Shown: positions 52,373 to 64,000 of the stretch, one piece after another | Layout: the number at the start of each line of letters is the position of its first letter | How positions within the stretch are numbered: position 1 is the stretch's first letter | From: Octopus sinensis | Taxonomy: Eukaryota | Assembly (NCBI RefSeq): GCF_006345805.1 | Contig: NC_042998.1 | Span: 155,000,001-155,064,000, forward strand | Reading direction: 5' to 3' | DNA length: 64,000 nt | Made by a program: the position numbers and the translations under genes | The notes under the pieces: generated by a model | The model's input: the letters and a program-made list of their open reading frames with translations, nothing else | What the model was told of the DNA's origin: nothing | Databases searched by the model: none

Positions 52373-54319
52373 ATTATCATTATTAGTAGACATCATCGGT
52401 ATTAAATTATTATTCTTAGGTATAATATATCTCTTTATATATACTTTATTATGTTTCTTACTATTGTTCATATTCTTATTATCATTATTACTATTATTAA
52501 TATAATCATTATTAACAACTATATTATTTTCATTTTTATTTAGTTTGTTATATTGTCTTTTGTTATTGTTATTCATATTTTTACTGTTAGATTTATTATT
52601 AGTTTTATTAGGAGTACTTGTTATGTTATTATTATTATTATTAATGTGTTCATAATAATTAAATAATTTTATATTAGAGTTATATCCTGTTTCTTTTAAT
52701 GCTTTATTATAATATGGGGCATGTTTATTAAAAGTATCATAATCTGAGGATAACATGGATATTCTTTTGCCTATATTATTTATTAAGGCTTCTTTAACTG
52801 ATTTTGGATGGTTACTTGAAGAACTAATATACTTTAGATTTTCATTCAACTTATAGAATGGATGGATCTTATTAGTGACTAGATTGAGGTTAACGTTTAG
52901 ATAATTTACTGCATAATGCTCATTCTCTTTAGATGTACCTAGGCCATTATTCTTAAAGAACTTGTACATTTTCTTCTTAAGGCATTCTAATGACCTATTA
53001 GCACAATTCCTTTTTCTTGCTCACAGTTTATCTTTATATTTTATAATGGACTTCCTCGCAGCCAACACTACTTTTACTTCTTCAAATGACATATTTACCT
53101 TTCTCATGGTATATGACGGCCTTATTTAAAACCACTTCATTTATAGATGAATAATAATTCTCTATATCAATTTGAAGGAATTTGCATCTATTTTTATCCT
53201 TAATATTGTTAAACCATTTTATAGTAATTCGGGTACAATTTCAGAGTTTAAGGTTACCTAACTTATTTAATTTACTTATATATTTATCCAATATTAATTT
53301 ACTAAGTCTACCTATATCTGACTTGCTAGGGCATATTATTCATTATTGAAGTATTATTTTGTGATGTGCAAACTGATACCATGAGTTTACTGTAAGATAT
53401 ACTCATTAGGTTATTTTTGTATTACCTGAAATAGAATACCCGCATATCGATTAATCCCCAAAAATTGAGTATATATATATGTATATATATTATAAATGGG
53501 TGTATACGTATTTTTTTAATTATATCTTTATACATGCACATACACACATAAAAACTGGCAAACCATTGGTTACGACAAACACAAGTATCCAAAACTCCTT
53601 CACCACTCTTCCAACTTCATTTTTCCTCTTAAATACCACTGTACGACTGCTAATATTGTTGATGGACATGCAGCATGTCACTGGCATTTAACATATAAGG
53701 TCCAGGATTATGCGTGAAAATCCTCAATTGACTTTTTTCCATAAAAATATTGAAAAATTATTTGTAAATTATAGAGACGAAGGGTAGTCGTTTTTTTTTT
53801 TTGCATAATCGTATTAATTCCATTATGCAGAAAACAAAATCAAAAAAAAAATTGTAGAAATTTGTAAAAATAAAAACATTATGAGGGGTTTTAGCATGTG
53901 CTTACATCATAACTCCACCCAAAATCTTATTTAAATGTTGATTCTTTAGGATGAACCATATGTGATTATTCAAAAAAGGCTAGAATGACAACAGTCGAAT
54001 TATCATAATGGATGGGTAAATAAGCATCCTTAAAATGAAACAACACATTGGTACGTAAACAAAGGTAACAACAAATAGAAGAGAAGACAGGGAACATCAC
54101 CTATCAAGTAACTAAGAATAGGTAAAGGTAAGCTTGCCAAAAATTAATGCAATTTAAACATGGAGATTAAGATTGTTTAGTTATTGGAAATTCATCATGT
54201 ACAGTGTTCCTAGTCAATTTAATCACCATTGCTGGTGGACAGTGGAAATAAATAAATAGACAAAATTCTTTCACATTTATAAAAAATTAAAAAAGTATGG
54301 AAGACCCTACATACAAAAA

Positions 54320-54482
54320 ACTATGTCCATTTACGTGGGAGCTCTGGGCAAAATGTCATAGTGCATGACCATCCTTGAGAAATAAGTAATGTGTGTGTAA
54401 AGTTTGGTGAAAATCAGTTGAGAATTGTGGAGATGTATTTTAGTCATTATAAACACACATACTGCAATTTATATATACTAGA
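54320..54482 (+). mobile_element. Possible 3' end of a non-autonomous Helitron/Helentron-like element
   Basis: TGTGTGTAAAGTTTGGTGAAAATC...TTTATATATACTAG ending in CTAG; resemblance only. Confidence 0.35.
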
Positions 54483-54769
54483 TTACTTTGTAGAAAAATT
54501 CTAACTGTAAAGAACATAAATAGAATTTCTATCTAAAAGTCTTATAAAGCAGTAACAGATCTTCAAACATTTTCCAAAGTTATGTGCTACAGAGCAGAGG
54601 TAATTAATTATTTGATTATTAACAATGTGATACCCAGTTACATTGTTATCTATTCATTCATAATGTCACTTTCTTAGTAGGCCCTTAATACAACCAAAAC
54701 ATTGCTTCATTTGTATCTTGTTTTCATTTAATTTTTTTTCTACAAGTGTAAGTAATGAAAGAAGAGTAC

Positions 54770-55560
54770 TGGCAACATATTTACTAAAGGCATTATGTTA
54801 ACTTTCAGTGCTATTATTGGTACATAGCAAGCCATTTTGTAGATGTTCATGTAAAATTCCAACATTATGTCAGAGATTGTATTTTTTGGTATTTTTCATG
54901 TCATACAAGCTGAATGCATGTAGATTCAAAACAATATATGAAGGCTTCATAACAGGTGTTATTTTAATCACTCAAAATCCAACAAGTTCTTCAAATATTT
55001 GTACAACATCAATTAGAGGCACAAGTGTTAGAACTTAAAAGGATTTTATGAGAAAAGCATGTTCCAGAATTTTGTACCAACTCTAATAATAATGTTTGAA
55101 TTTTAAGCCAACAATACCATTCAAAACTTTTTACTGTAGGGAAGTCATTTGCAGAACCTAAAAGTTATCATTTCAAAATCAATAGTCAATGTTGCAGACA
55201 AAATCCCAGCTCTTTGTTTTATGATAACTTGAAGGATTTCGTTGGAGTTATCACAAATAACAGCATGAACAGTATATAACTGATATGCAAAAGATCTGGC
55301 ATGAACAGTATATAACTGATATGCAAAAGATCCATTACTGAACTAGTTAACACTTTGAGTAAGCAAGTCTAATGTTTATTTTTTTCAAGGGATGCAGAAA
55401 TATGAAGATTGTCCTCTCAATAAAAACTCTACTTTCCTGGTTGTTACACATAGCTCATCTATAGCTCATCACTTTCATTGAATCCTCTGTCTCAAAGATA
55501 TTTTCTTTAGAAGACAATCTGCAGCTATTAGTAAAAAGCTCTGTCTTAAACTTAGTATCA
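54770..55560 (-). mobile_element. Degenerate Mutator-like (MULE) transposase relic
   Basis: Minus-strand pieces in expected order: NGSFAYQLYTVHA, TIDFEM, NGLLCTNNSTES*HNAF (cf. DGTF..QLY.IH, DFE, RTNN..EGWHN). Confidence 0.55.
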
Positions 55561-57052
55561 TAGCTGATATATGTTTATCTGGACAGAAATAATCAATATT
55601 AATCTGACATTGGAGTTTTGTATCATTATCATCTGAAATTTTGATGTATCTAAAATTATATTAAAGCAATACACATAGATTAAATGACTGCTGTGTGTAT
55701 GTGTGTGTGTGTGTGTGTGTTTTCTCTTTTGCAAAATTATTCTCTGGAATGTCATTTCAATGAAAAATGGTTTCACTAAAATGTTTCCATGGGAAGTGAT
55801 TTGATAAAAAATCATGATATCCTACATACAAAGATAGTTTTGTGGCTTTGTTTCCATATCATGTTTTTATTATCTAGGCTCATTGATTTCTTTTAATGCT
55901 CATACATTACTAAAGCTTAAATAATACTGTTAGTTTTCTTTTTAATCCAATTAGGAAATATTAGTTATAAAAGCAGGCCATGGCTAACTAATTTACAATT
56001 CCACGAGTGTTCTGGTTTTTAGAAAAGGCAGCTAAAAGGATTTGCAACTGGAAGAGCATCTGGCCATAAAATATGGCTTCAAAATGTCTTTGCCAACATA
56101 AAAAAGCAGATTTAAAAACAATGATGGTGACATATTGTAGGATTTAAATACTAAAAACCAAGACATTTGACTTTCTGTCCCTGACTAGAACTCCTACTAA
56201 AGTTAACTGTCTTGGTTTCTGTAAAGAACTAGCTGAAAATATGAACATCTTATACAATCCTTATTTCTTCACAAAATAAATATTCTATTTTAATGTGACC
56301 TACACAATCTCTTTTGATTTGGCTAAGTCCACATTGATATAACAAAGAAACAGACATTTGGAAGTGCCTCAGCTGATTTAAGAAACTTTCACATCCTTCT
56401 ATTCAGTTCATTATTTTGATGTAATCCATGAGTGCATTTAAGATAACATTCCAGTCTCCCACTAACACTTATTAGCAAGGTGTTGTTCAGAATGTTTTCA
56501 CATACCTAGATAATTCTTTACCAGATAGTTACTACTTACCTGCCATTCTAGTACAGAGAACTTGAAATCTAATCCCTTCCAAAACAAGACTCAATCTGAG
56601 ATGGTTGAGAAAAGCATTAACTTAATGGTCAACAAGAAGTATGAATATCTGTAAGTTAGAAGCGCTAGTCTCACTTATGGTCATTGCATCTAACTTAAAT
56701 GACCAAGATTCTAGAAGCCCTTTAGTCCATACATATCTGATATAACTAATTTTTAACAATGCCATAGTAGAAGTGAAGAGGGAGAGAGAGATGGAGAAAA
56801 AGAAATAGCAGTAAAGCAAATCAATAATGATGATGATGATGATGATAGTTATTGTTAGAGTAGTTGGTGTGTGAATCAATAAATAATCAGCTTGAACAAT
56901 TTTAATGGTGTTGTTTTCCCATTGTGAAATATCATGCCCATTCTAACTCTTACATTTCCACTCAACTATAAATCTGTAATATGATTATATTAAAAAGATT
57001 ATATGGGCCATCATACTTCACAGTATAATCTTCAACAATTCATATCAATATA

Positions 57053-57485
57053 TAGGCACAAGCATGACTGCTTTGTCAAGAAGTTTGCTTCTCAACCATG
57101 TAATCTTAGGTTCTGTCCCACTGCGTAGCATCTGGGCCAACCAAAATCTTGAGAGTGAACATGGTAGATGGAAACTAAAAGAAGCTCATTGTATACACAC
57201 ACACATGTATATATACAAACACACACACAGAAATGTGTGTGTGCATACTTATATGTATGTGTACCTCCACTTGACAACACATGACACATCACCATCATAC
57301 AAGTGATGTTGTTCATCTCCAGTCTTCGGTAGAAAACATGTTTAGCCATGAGAAATATTACCTTGTTTGGAAACAGGTGATATTTGGCACCAGGAACATC
57401 TTGTCATAGAAATTCTATGTTAACAAATTCCATCTGACCTATGCAAGCGTGAAGTAGCGGATGTTAAATGATAATGATGATGAGG
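57053..57485 (+). mobile_element. Diverged tRNA-derived SINE with RTE-like 3' tail
   Basis: Head resembles the 8483 family; end GACCTATGCAAGCGTGAAG...GATGTTAAATGATAATGATGATGA resembles 40865-40920. Confidence 0.72.
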
Positions 57486-59149
57486 AAGAGAAGGAAGAGG
57501 AAACGAAGAGAAGGAAGAAAAGGAGGCAATAATTCTTCATCACATTAAGCAATATTCACTCTTTTCCAATTGTCTGTCTATGCTAAAATCTCCAAGTAAA
57601 ATTTTTTTCTAAACTGAAGTATTAATGATAGGTCAATAAGAAGTAATAGAATCAGTTACTGCTATTTATGGTAGGTGGGGGTTACTTTCTGTGATTAGTT
57701 CATTTCGATGTTTTTCACAAAGCTTGAACTTACGAAACTCTGAAAAATGTTTTAAATTTCTGTGCTTTAATTCTCTAATATCTAGTTTAAAATGATAAAA
57801 ATAGACTATTAAGTTGTACATAACAATAGCATATTTATTTCATAACTTTTAACAACACTTTAAAAGATAGTGCTTTGGGAGAATCTTATGAATTGAGACT
57901 AGGCAAAAGCATATAAATAGGAACATTAACATACAACGATAATAGTAATTTGCATAACAAACAGTACTAAAATCACATCACTAAATAATTGAAAAGGAGA
58001 AACATTTATAAAAGAGAAAATATCAACAACGTAACTTTAAAAAGAAATATTTAATTTTAAAATTAAGAAATTATGAAATTATTTTACTGAAGAAATTTGT
58101 TTAATTCTTGAATAGCTAAATTGATCTGAACAACCATAACAAAATATAATATTTAAAGAGAAACATTTTATCTGAATAATAACACAGTAGTGTACACACA
58201 AATTCATTATAATGATTACTAAATATGGTTCAAATTGTGAAAGAAAATATATGGAAACTAAGAAAATAGTCATGCAAGAATTTTATGAGAGAAATTAAGA
58301 ATACTTTTTACTACAGACAAATATGAGCAGAAAATGAAGCAAAAGCTGCAAAATAGCAAGTATCTAAAAACTAAACTTGATATCATAAAGCTATCAAATT
58401 TAGAAAGCAAGATATTACACAATAAAAAGTAAGATGAAAAATGAAATATTTTATCTTAAATTTAGTAGTAATAATCATTGTTATTTTCTGCCTCAAAGAA
58501 AATAACAGACTACTGAGTTTTTCAAACATTTAGCAAGACAATGTAACAGGATTTTTCAATCAAATTTACTATTTAAATATAATTCATGATACAAATTAAA
58601 AGTAATCTTTAAAAATGACATCAAAAAATGTAATTCTACTGTTCTGCTTAGACTTATTCTGATTAGTGCAATGACGTGACTGTAAATATATTTAAAATGA
58701 AAAACATTTCATACTGATGGTAAAATAACATCTATATAAAAGATATTTGATATTGTAACAAAATTAAACTATTTTATATTAAACAGAATGTTACAAGTAT
58801 ATAAAATATAAACTTATAAATTTATCCATAAGATAATTCATTTCCATTCATGCCAGTATTTTAATCTAAGACTGTTTCAAGTGTGTATATTAATTTAAAA
58901 CAAGTTACCTATTTCATGTCTTCAATGCTTAGTGAACTTAGATAATATATTAGCCTTAATGAAGTTGTCTTTTTTAGACTACAAGACAGTTGCTATATAC
59001 CTTTGCATGCAATGTCCAGTTTGGAATCTATTCTTTGCCAAAGCTGGGTCTGACGATAAGATTATTTACAAAATAATCACTTTACACATTCAAACTAACT
59101 CAATATTCATGAGTTTGACTTTTCAGTTAAGCTCACTGTGGGAATGAGT

Positions 59150-60720
59150 TGAACCAGAAGCATAGGGTCAGTGAAATCAGACAAATAACTGAAGGGCCTT
59201 GCAAGAGGCACACAAGTGAAGGAGGTCATGTGAGAAGAAACAGGACCAGTGTGAATTTTTTTTTGCCCTGGGGCTGTTGGATGGGACAGACATGTAGTAG
59301 TGTGAGTAGAGGAAATTTGCTTTTAGGTTCTAGCCAGAGGTTAGGATACCTACGGATATAACCTGGTGGGAAAGGATCGATGCTATGAAAGAATTGTATT
59401 TTTCCCCTCATACAATCAGCTATTTTGGCCTTTGCCCATTTTTTTCTTCAGTATATGTCACAAAAATAAAAATCAGTTGTAATGCCATTAGCCCCTTCTG
59501 TGGCAAAGGAAATGCTATTGTCTGTTACATCCTCAATGTCTTGCACTACCACCACCTTGATCTTCTGAATCCAGCAGAATCAGGAGCATGTTCGAGGGAG
59601 AGGTGGAGAGATGGATTGGAAGGAGAAAGTAAAGAGCAGAGTACTGCTGCTAATGGTAGTGGTGCAATCAATGAAAGGCAAGGTCAGGCTGGTACAGGAC
59701 TTTTCAGAGCTGAATGACTATGAATTGTACCACATGGGTAGTGAAGCTACCAGTGTCTGTAGGGAAACATTACAAGAATGGAGACAGATAATGAGGGCTT
59801 CCACAATCGTTGACTTGAAGTTGGCATATTTTCAGCTACATGATGGCTGAGAATTTATGGAAATATCAGCTGGTAAGACATAAGATCCAGACGTACTGCT
59901 TGACAAGGCTGGAATTTGGATTGAATTCAGCCCTAAAGATCATGGCAACAGTCCTCAAATCTATTATGGAAAAGGTAGACAAGTTGTAAAAGTTTTAAAG
60001 AGATAAGGTACACATACTGGTATTTCAGAGACGAAATGAGGAGCCGGGTACCAGCATGAACAAACAAGAAGTTTATAATGTGTGCGTGACTGGTGGGTCA
60101 CTACTCAATCAAGAGGCAGCTCCAAACAGTGTGTAGCTATATTAAGAGACAAGTGGATAGGCTGAGCTGGTGGGGTGCAAAGTAGGAGAGAGGACAGTGG
60201 CTATGATGTAGGAGATCCTAGAGTGGGTAAGAGCAGAAGACCTAGTAAGTGGAAGTTGGTAGGTATGTAAATTGAAGAACAGGATCTTATGATGTGACAC
60301 CAGCAGCATAGTGGAAATACTGGAAATAGAGGCGTTGAAGTAGAGGAAACAGCATAGCTCAGGAAATGGATGATTGCAACCACATCAATATGGCTGAATT
60401 GGATACAGTGTTGAAGGGAAGGAATCTGGCTCTGAGATGGGAGCTGTGTACTATAAAAATTTGAACTGACCTCATCACTGTATTTGGATGGGTGGGATCA
60501 GTAATTACTGATGAGAGGAGGGTATGAACCAAAGGTGAGACGGAGATGTAAATAAAGAGCTGCTTTGGGATTCTGGGAGAGCTAGCTGTTGTATTCAGTT
60601 TGAAATTGAACATGGTCTTTGTACCTCCAGAAAGGAATAAGGTGGACATTCTAATCAAGGTGAAGAAAACCTGGTTGGTAGTACCAGAGGATTCGGAGTG
60701 AGGGATAGCTGCAGTGTTGG
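59150..60720 (+). mobile_element. Degenerate LTR-retroelement pol relic (RT plus RNase H), probably Ty3/Gypsy-like
   Basis: KGKVRLVQDFSELN, IVDLKLAYFQL, LWKYQLV, YCLTRLEFGLNSA; RNase H CDTSSI, HINMAELDTVLKG, TDLITV, NKVDIL. No LTRs or integrase found. Confidence 0.75.
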
Positions 60721-61044
60721 TTAAGTAACTTAGAGGTCAGAAGACTGCATACCATGGGCTGTCAGATAGAATGGACATGTGTAGCTATGTGAATAGAGGG
60801 AATTTTCTGTTTGGTTCTGGCTAGAGATTAAGCTGGTAAGGTACCTACAGATATTAACTGGTAGAAAATGATCAATGCCATGAAAGAACCCACAAGGTAG
60901 ACAAATTATGCTTTCTTTCCCCATACAACACTCACACAATGTAATATTATTACTTTCATTCCTGTTTCTTTCCTTTAGAAATTCAATATATTTTACTTAG
61001 TATACATAATTTTTAATTTGAAAAAGCTTGTAAGGAATCACAAT

Positions 61045-61260
61045 ACCTTACAATATCATCTAAATTATCATCATCATTTAACATCTGTTTTCCATACTGG
61101 CAAGCCAGAGAGCTATACCAGGCTCTAGCTTAATTTGGCATGGTTTCTATGGCTGGATGCCCTTCCTAATGCTAACCACTTTACAGAGTGTGTTGGGGGG
61201 CTTTTATGTGGCACCACACAAGTGGCACTGGCATGAGTGCTTTTTATGTGGCATGGCACA
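61045..61260 (-). mobile_element. RTE-family 3' tail fragment
   Basis: (CAT)n-TTAACATCTGTTTTCCATAC...GGCTGGATGCCCTTCCTAATGCTAACCAC. Confidence 0.78.
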
Positions 61261-61414
61261 GAACTCTTATATATATATATATATATACATGCACCCATGC
61301 ATGTGCACACACACACATTTGAATTTTGTGGAATCAGAAGAAGTTTGTGGATCAGGTGGCCTAAACAATATATATATGTGTACTCCAGTAAATAATGTAT
61401 TTATATTCAGGTAC

Positions 61415-62520
61415 CATACCCCTCAAAATAGCTATTTTAAGAAAGTATATCAAGATTCCAAGTGCATCTTCTGCACCTCAAAAACACTGCAGAGGTCTTC
61501 TTGAAGACCATCTAATATTACTTGAAATTTATTTCAGATTTCCTGTCATCTTCTTCAACTTCAATTTCATTTGAGGAAATACAGCAAAATCACAGGGGGA
61601 TAAGTCAGGCAAGTATGAAAGATATAAAGCTCATCACTTTGTTCTTTTTTAAAAACAGCATCATCTTGAGAGAGGTGTAAATGGGAATGTTATGATACAA
61701 CAGCCAATTGTAGTTGTGCCATAATTATACTTACTTTCATCACATGTCTCTCAAGCATCTCAAACATAGCAGTAAAAATCTGAATTCATTAAACTGCCGA
61801 GAACAAATTCATGATGAGCAATGCCCTTAATATTGAAAAGAAGTGACAACCCAGCTTTTCAATACATTTCGGATCTACTGTGCTTTCTTTGGTCTTGACA
61901 GACCATTCCACTGTGATGACTACTGTTTTAACTCTGAAGTGCAGTCATAAACTAAATTTACATCATTGTGATGATTCTAGTGATAAAAATTGGGTCATCA
62001 TTATCCTCCTTACAAAGCTTTCTAATGCATCTGATATACCAGCTTTTGATTGTATGCCATAAGTAAGAGGACAAACATCATACCAACACAATGCATGGGA
62101 ATCTTATGGCAGACTCCATAAATGATTTTAATCATGTGACAAAGCTGGTAACATTTGATGAGTTCAAGAATCTTTTTTACATTTTCTGGCATTTTGCTAG
62201 GGATTGATCTCATTGAACAACCATCATCTTGAACCAATGTTAAACTGGCTTTGAAACATGCATACTACTCAAAAACCTGTTTTCAACATACAATATTCAC
62301 CAAAAGCTAGGCAGAGCATTTTGATGGGTTTTGATGGTTTTTGTTAAAGATGTGTTGAGCTTTATGCAAAATATAATGCAGGCATGCTGCTTGAATTTGT
62401 CAACCATCATAAAATATTGCTGAGTTGTTCAATACAGTTTCACATAATAATTGAACAAGAGTAATTATAATGAAGAATATTTGTAAACAAACTTGGCAGG
62501 CTGGCTGCCTATGGTTGTCA
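61415..62520 (-). mobile_element. Degenerate mariner transposase relic
   Basis: Minus-strand pieces resembling DDPRSGRP..ENV.KV, LPDLSPCDFAVFPQMK and terminal YFEG. TIRs not resolved. Confidence 0.7.
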
Positions 62521-62989
62521 GCAGCATATGCATTTCCAACAGTCCGTGTGTGTTAGTGTGTTCTTCCATTTAATATCTGTTTTACCATGCTAGTAGGGAT
62601 TCGAACAGAAGGTTATTAGAGGCATGATTTTACATTCAGTTGCTTTTCCTGTTGCCAACCATTACCTGTTTTTATAGTAAGGGTTTTTTTTTATTCCAGC
62701 AGTCTTCAAGACTACAAAGCAATCAGTTACAATGTCATGAAGGAATGTCACTATTTACCTATATAAATAGTCACTATTTATCTCAAGTGACAAGTATAGA
62801 ATATCCATATTTATATACATGCACATACATACTCATACACACACAATAAATTTCATAGTTTTTGTCAACCGTATTTTCCTCCCAGGATAATGGTTGGCCT
62901 AGGGCTACAGCAGAGGGCACTTACCTCAGGTGCCTGTGCCTAGTCATATATATAAAATTTTTATATGTATATGCATATACATGTGTGTG

Positions 62990-63016
62990 TATTTACACAC
63001 ACACACACACACACAT

Positions 63017-63056
<40 letters not shown>
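62990..63056. repeat. (CA)n microsatellite
   Basis: Seen directly. Confidence 0.95.
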
Positions 63057-63221
63057 ACTATAGTCTGTATCAATATGAAATTATACAGAACTTTGGGATT
63101 AAGGTATTGCAACATCCCTTCTCCTCAAAATTGCTGACCTTATGTCAAAATTAGAAAGCATTATTAAATATGATTTATAGGATGTTACTTCAAATTTCAT
63201 CAAATGAATAACATGTTACTA

Positions 63222-63545
63222 CATACTGGCACTCCGTTGCTTGTTACAACAAGGGTTCCAATTGATCTGATCAACAGAACAGATTGCTCGTGAGATTAAT
63301 GTGCAAGTGGCTGAGAACCCCACAGACACATGTATCCCTTCACATACTTCGCAGGGAGATTCAGTGTGATACAGAGTGTGGCAAGGCTGGGTCCTTAAAA
63401 TACAGGTACTACTCATTTTTGCCAACTGAGTGGACTGGAGCAACATGAAATAAAGTGTCCAGCTCAAGGACACAATGCACCACTGGGAATCGAACTCACG
63501 ACCCTATGATCACGAACTGAATACTCTAACCACTAAACCACATGC
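63222..63545 (-). mobile_element. Third tRNA-derived SINE family
   Basis: On minus: box A-like TGGTTTAGTGG, box B GAGTTCGATTCC, then CATTGTGTCCTTGAGCTGGACACTTTATTTC. Confidence 0.82.
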
Positions 63546-64000
63546 ATGTTAATGTTCAGAATATCATACATCATTCAGGCAAAAACCATGTTCTTAATTC
63601 CACATAGATATGTTATTTTGGGTAGCAGCCACTTTCTGTCATGTGCATTCTAAATGTGACAAAAGGGAAATAACTCATGTGGGTTATTTTCTTTCAATTC
63701 TATCATATTATGCCCATCTTTGTCATAATTTCTATGGTTGGATGCTCTTTTTACACCTACCACTTTATAGTGTACCAGATGCAATTTTCATGGCATCAGC
63801 TCTAAGTAACTTAGACTAAAGATATTAGCATTGTTGCTGTTTGGGTCGATTAGCAACAACTTAATTCTGGATACTTTTTGCGCAGTATACTTTTTGCAAG
63901 CTGTTGTGGTTACCTTGCAGTTTGCAAAGCAAAAGAGAGTATCCAATGACAGAAAGGAATGATTTTATATGAGAGGATGATAATTGAGAGAATGACAAAA

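Larger units (their letters stand above)
48441..53471 (-). mobile_element. 5'-truncated Naiad-type PLE with inverted 5' pseudo-LTR, interrupted by an RTE
   Basis: RT (CPSKSDIGRLSKLILD, QIDIENYYSSIN, NYLNVNLNL, SSNHPKSV), linker (IWLTIPY), GIY-YIG about 49690-50030 (NIIYKC, AYMGST, STGLSKYIWELK, MCLLCITE); hammerhead; inverted repeat 48591-48714 / 53347-53471; (TA)n on both flanks. Confidence 0.9.

Noticed and set aside
63475-63545. tRNA-like sequence (also other SINE heads)
   Set aside because: Boxes A and B present but no acceptor stem; continues into a SINE body.

Overview
This is AT-rich, microsatellite-laden eukaryotic DNA made almost entirely of nested transposable-element relics. The SINE families and (TA)n/(CAT)n/(AAT)n tracts look cephalopod (octopus-like); this is recognition, not a database result. 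I found no host exon, true tRNA/rRNA gene, CRISPR array or intact autonomous ORF. Every interpretable long ORF is TE-derived and broken. Elements present: RTE-clade LINEs (one full length with a 12-bp TSD, one near full length with a PHD-type finger inside the RT, one 5'-inverted with a 12-bp TSD), an L1/Tx1-like LINE, an R4/Dong-like RLE LINE, at least six Penelope-like element (PLE) remnants of Naiad and Neptune type, a Helitron helicase fragment, mariner, MULE and LTR-type pol relics, and several tRNA-derived SINE families. The most coherent signal is a set of minimal type-I hammerhead ribozyme motifs at PLE 3' ends. Two lie in near-perfect fold-back palindromes (1-407 and 5791-6069). One has a G3/C8-swapped catalytic core (5937-5986). 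Element boundaries not supported by a TSD or TIR are approximate, and all translations outside the supplied ORF track were done by eye.
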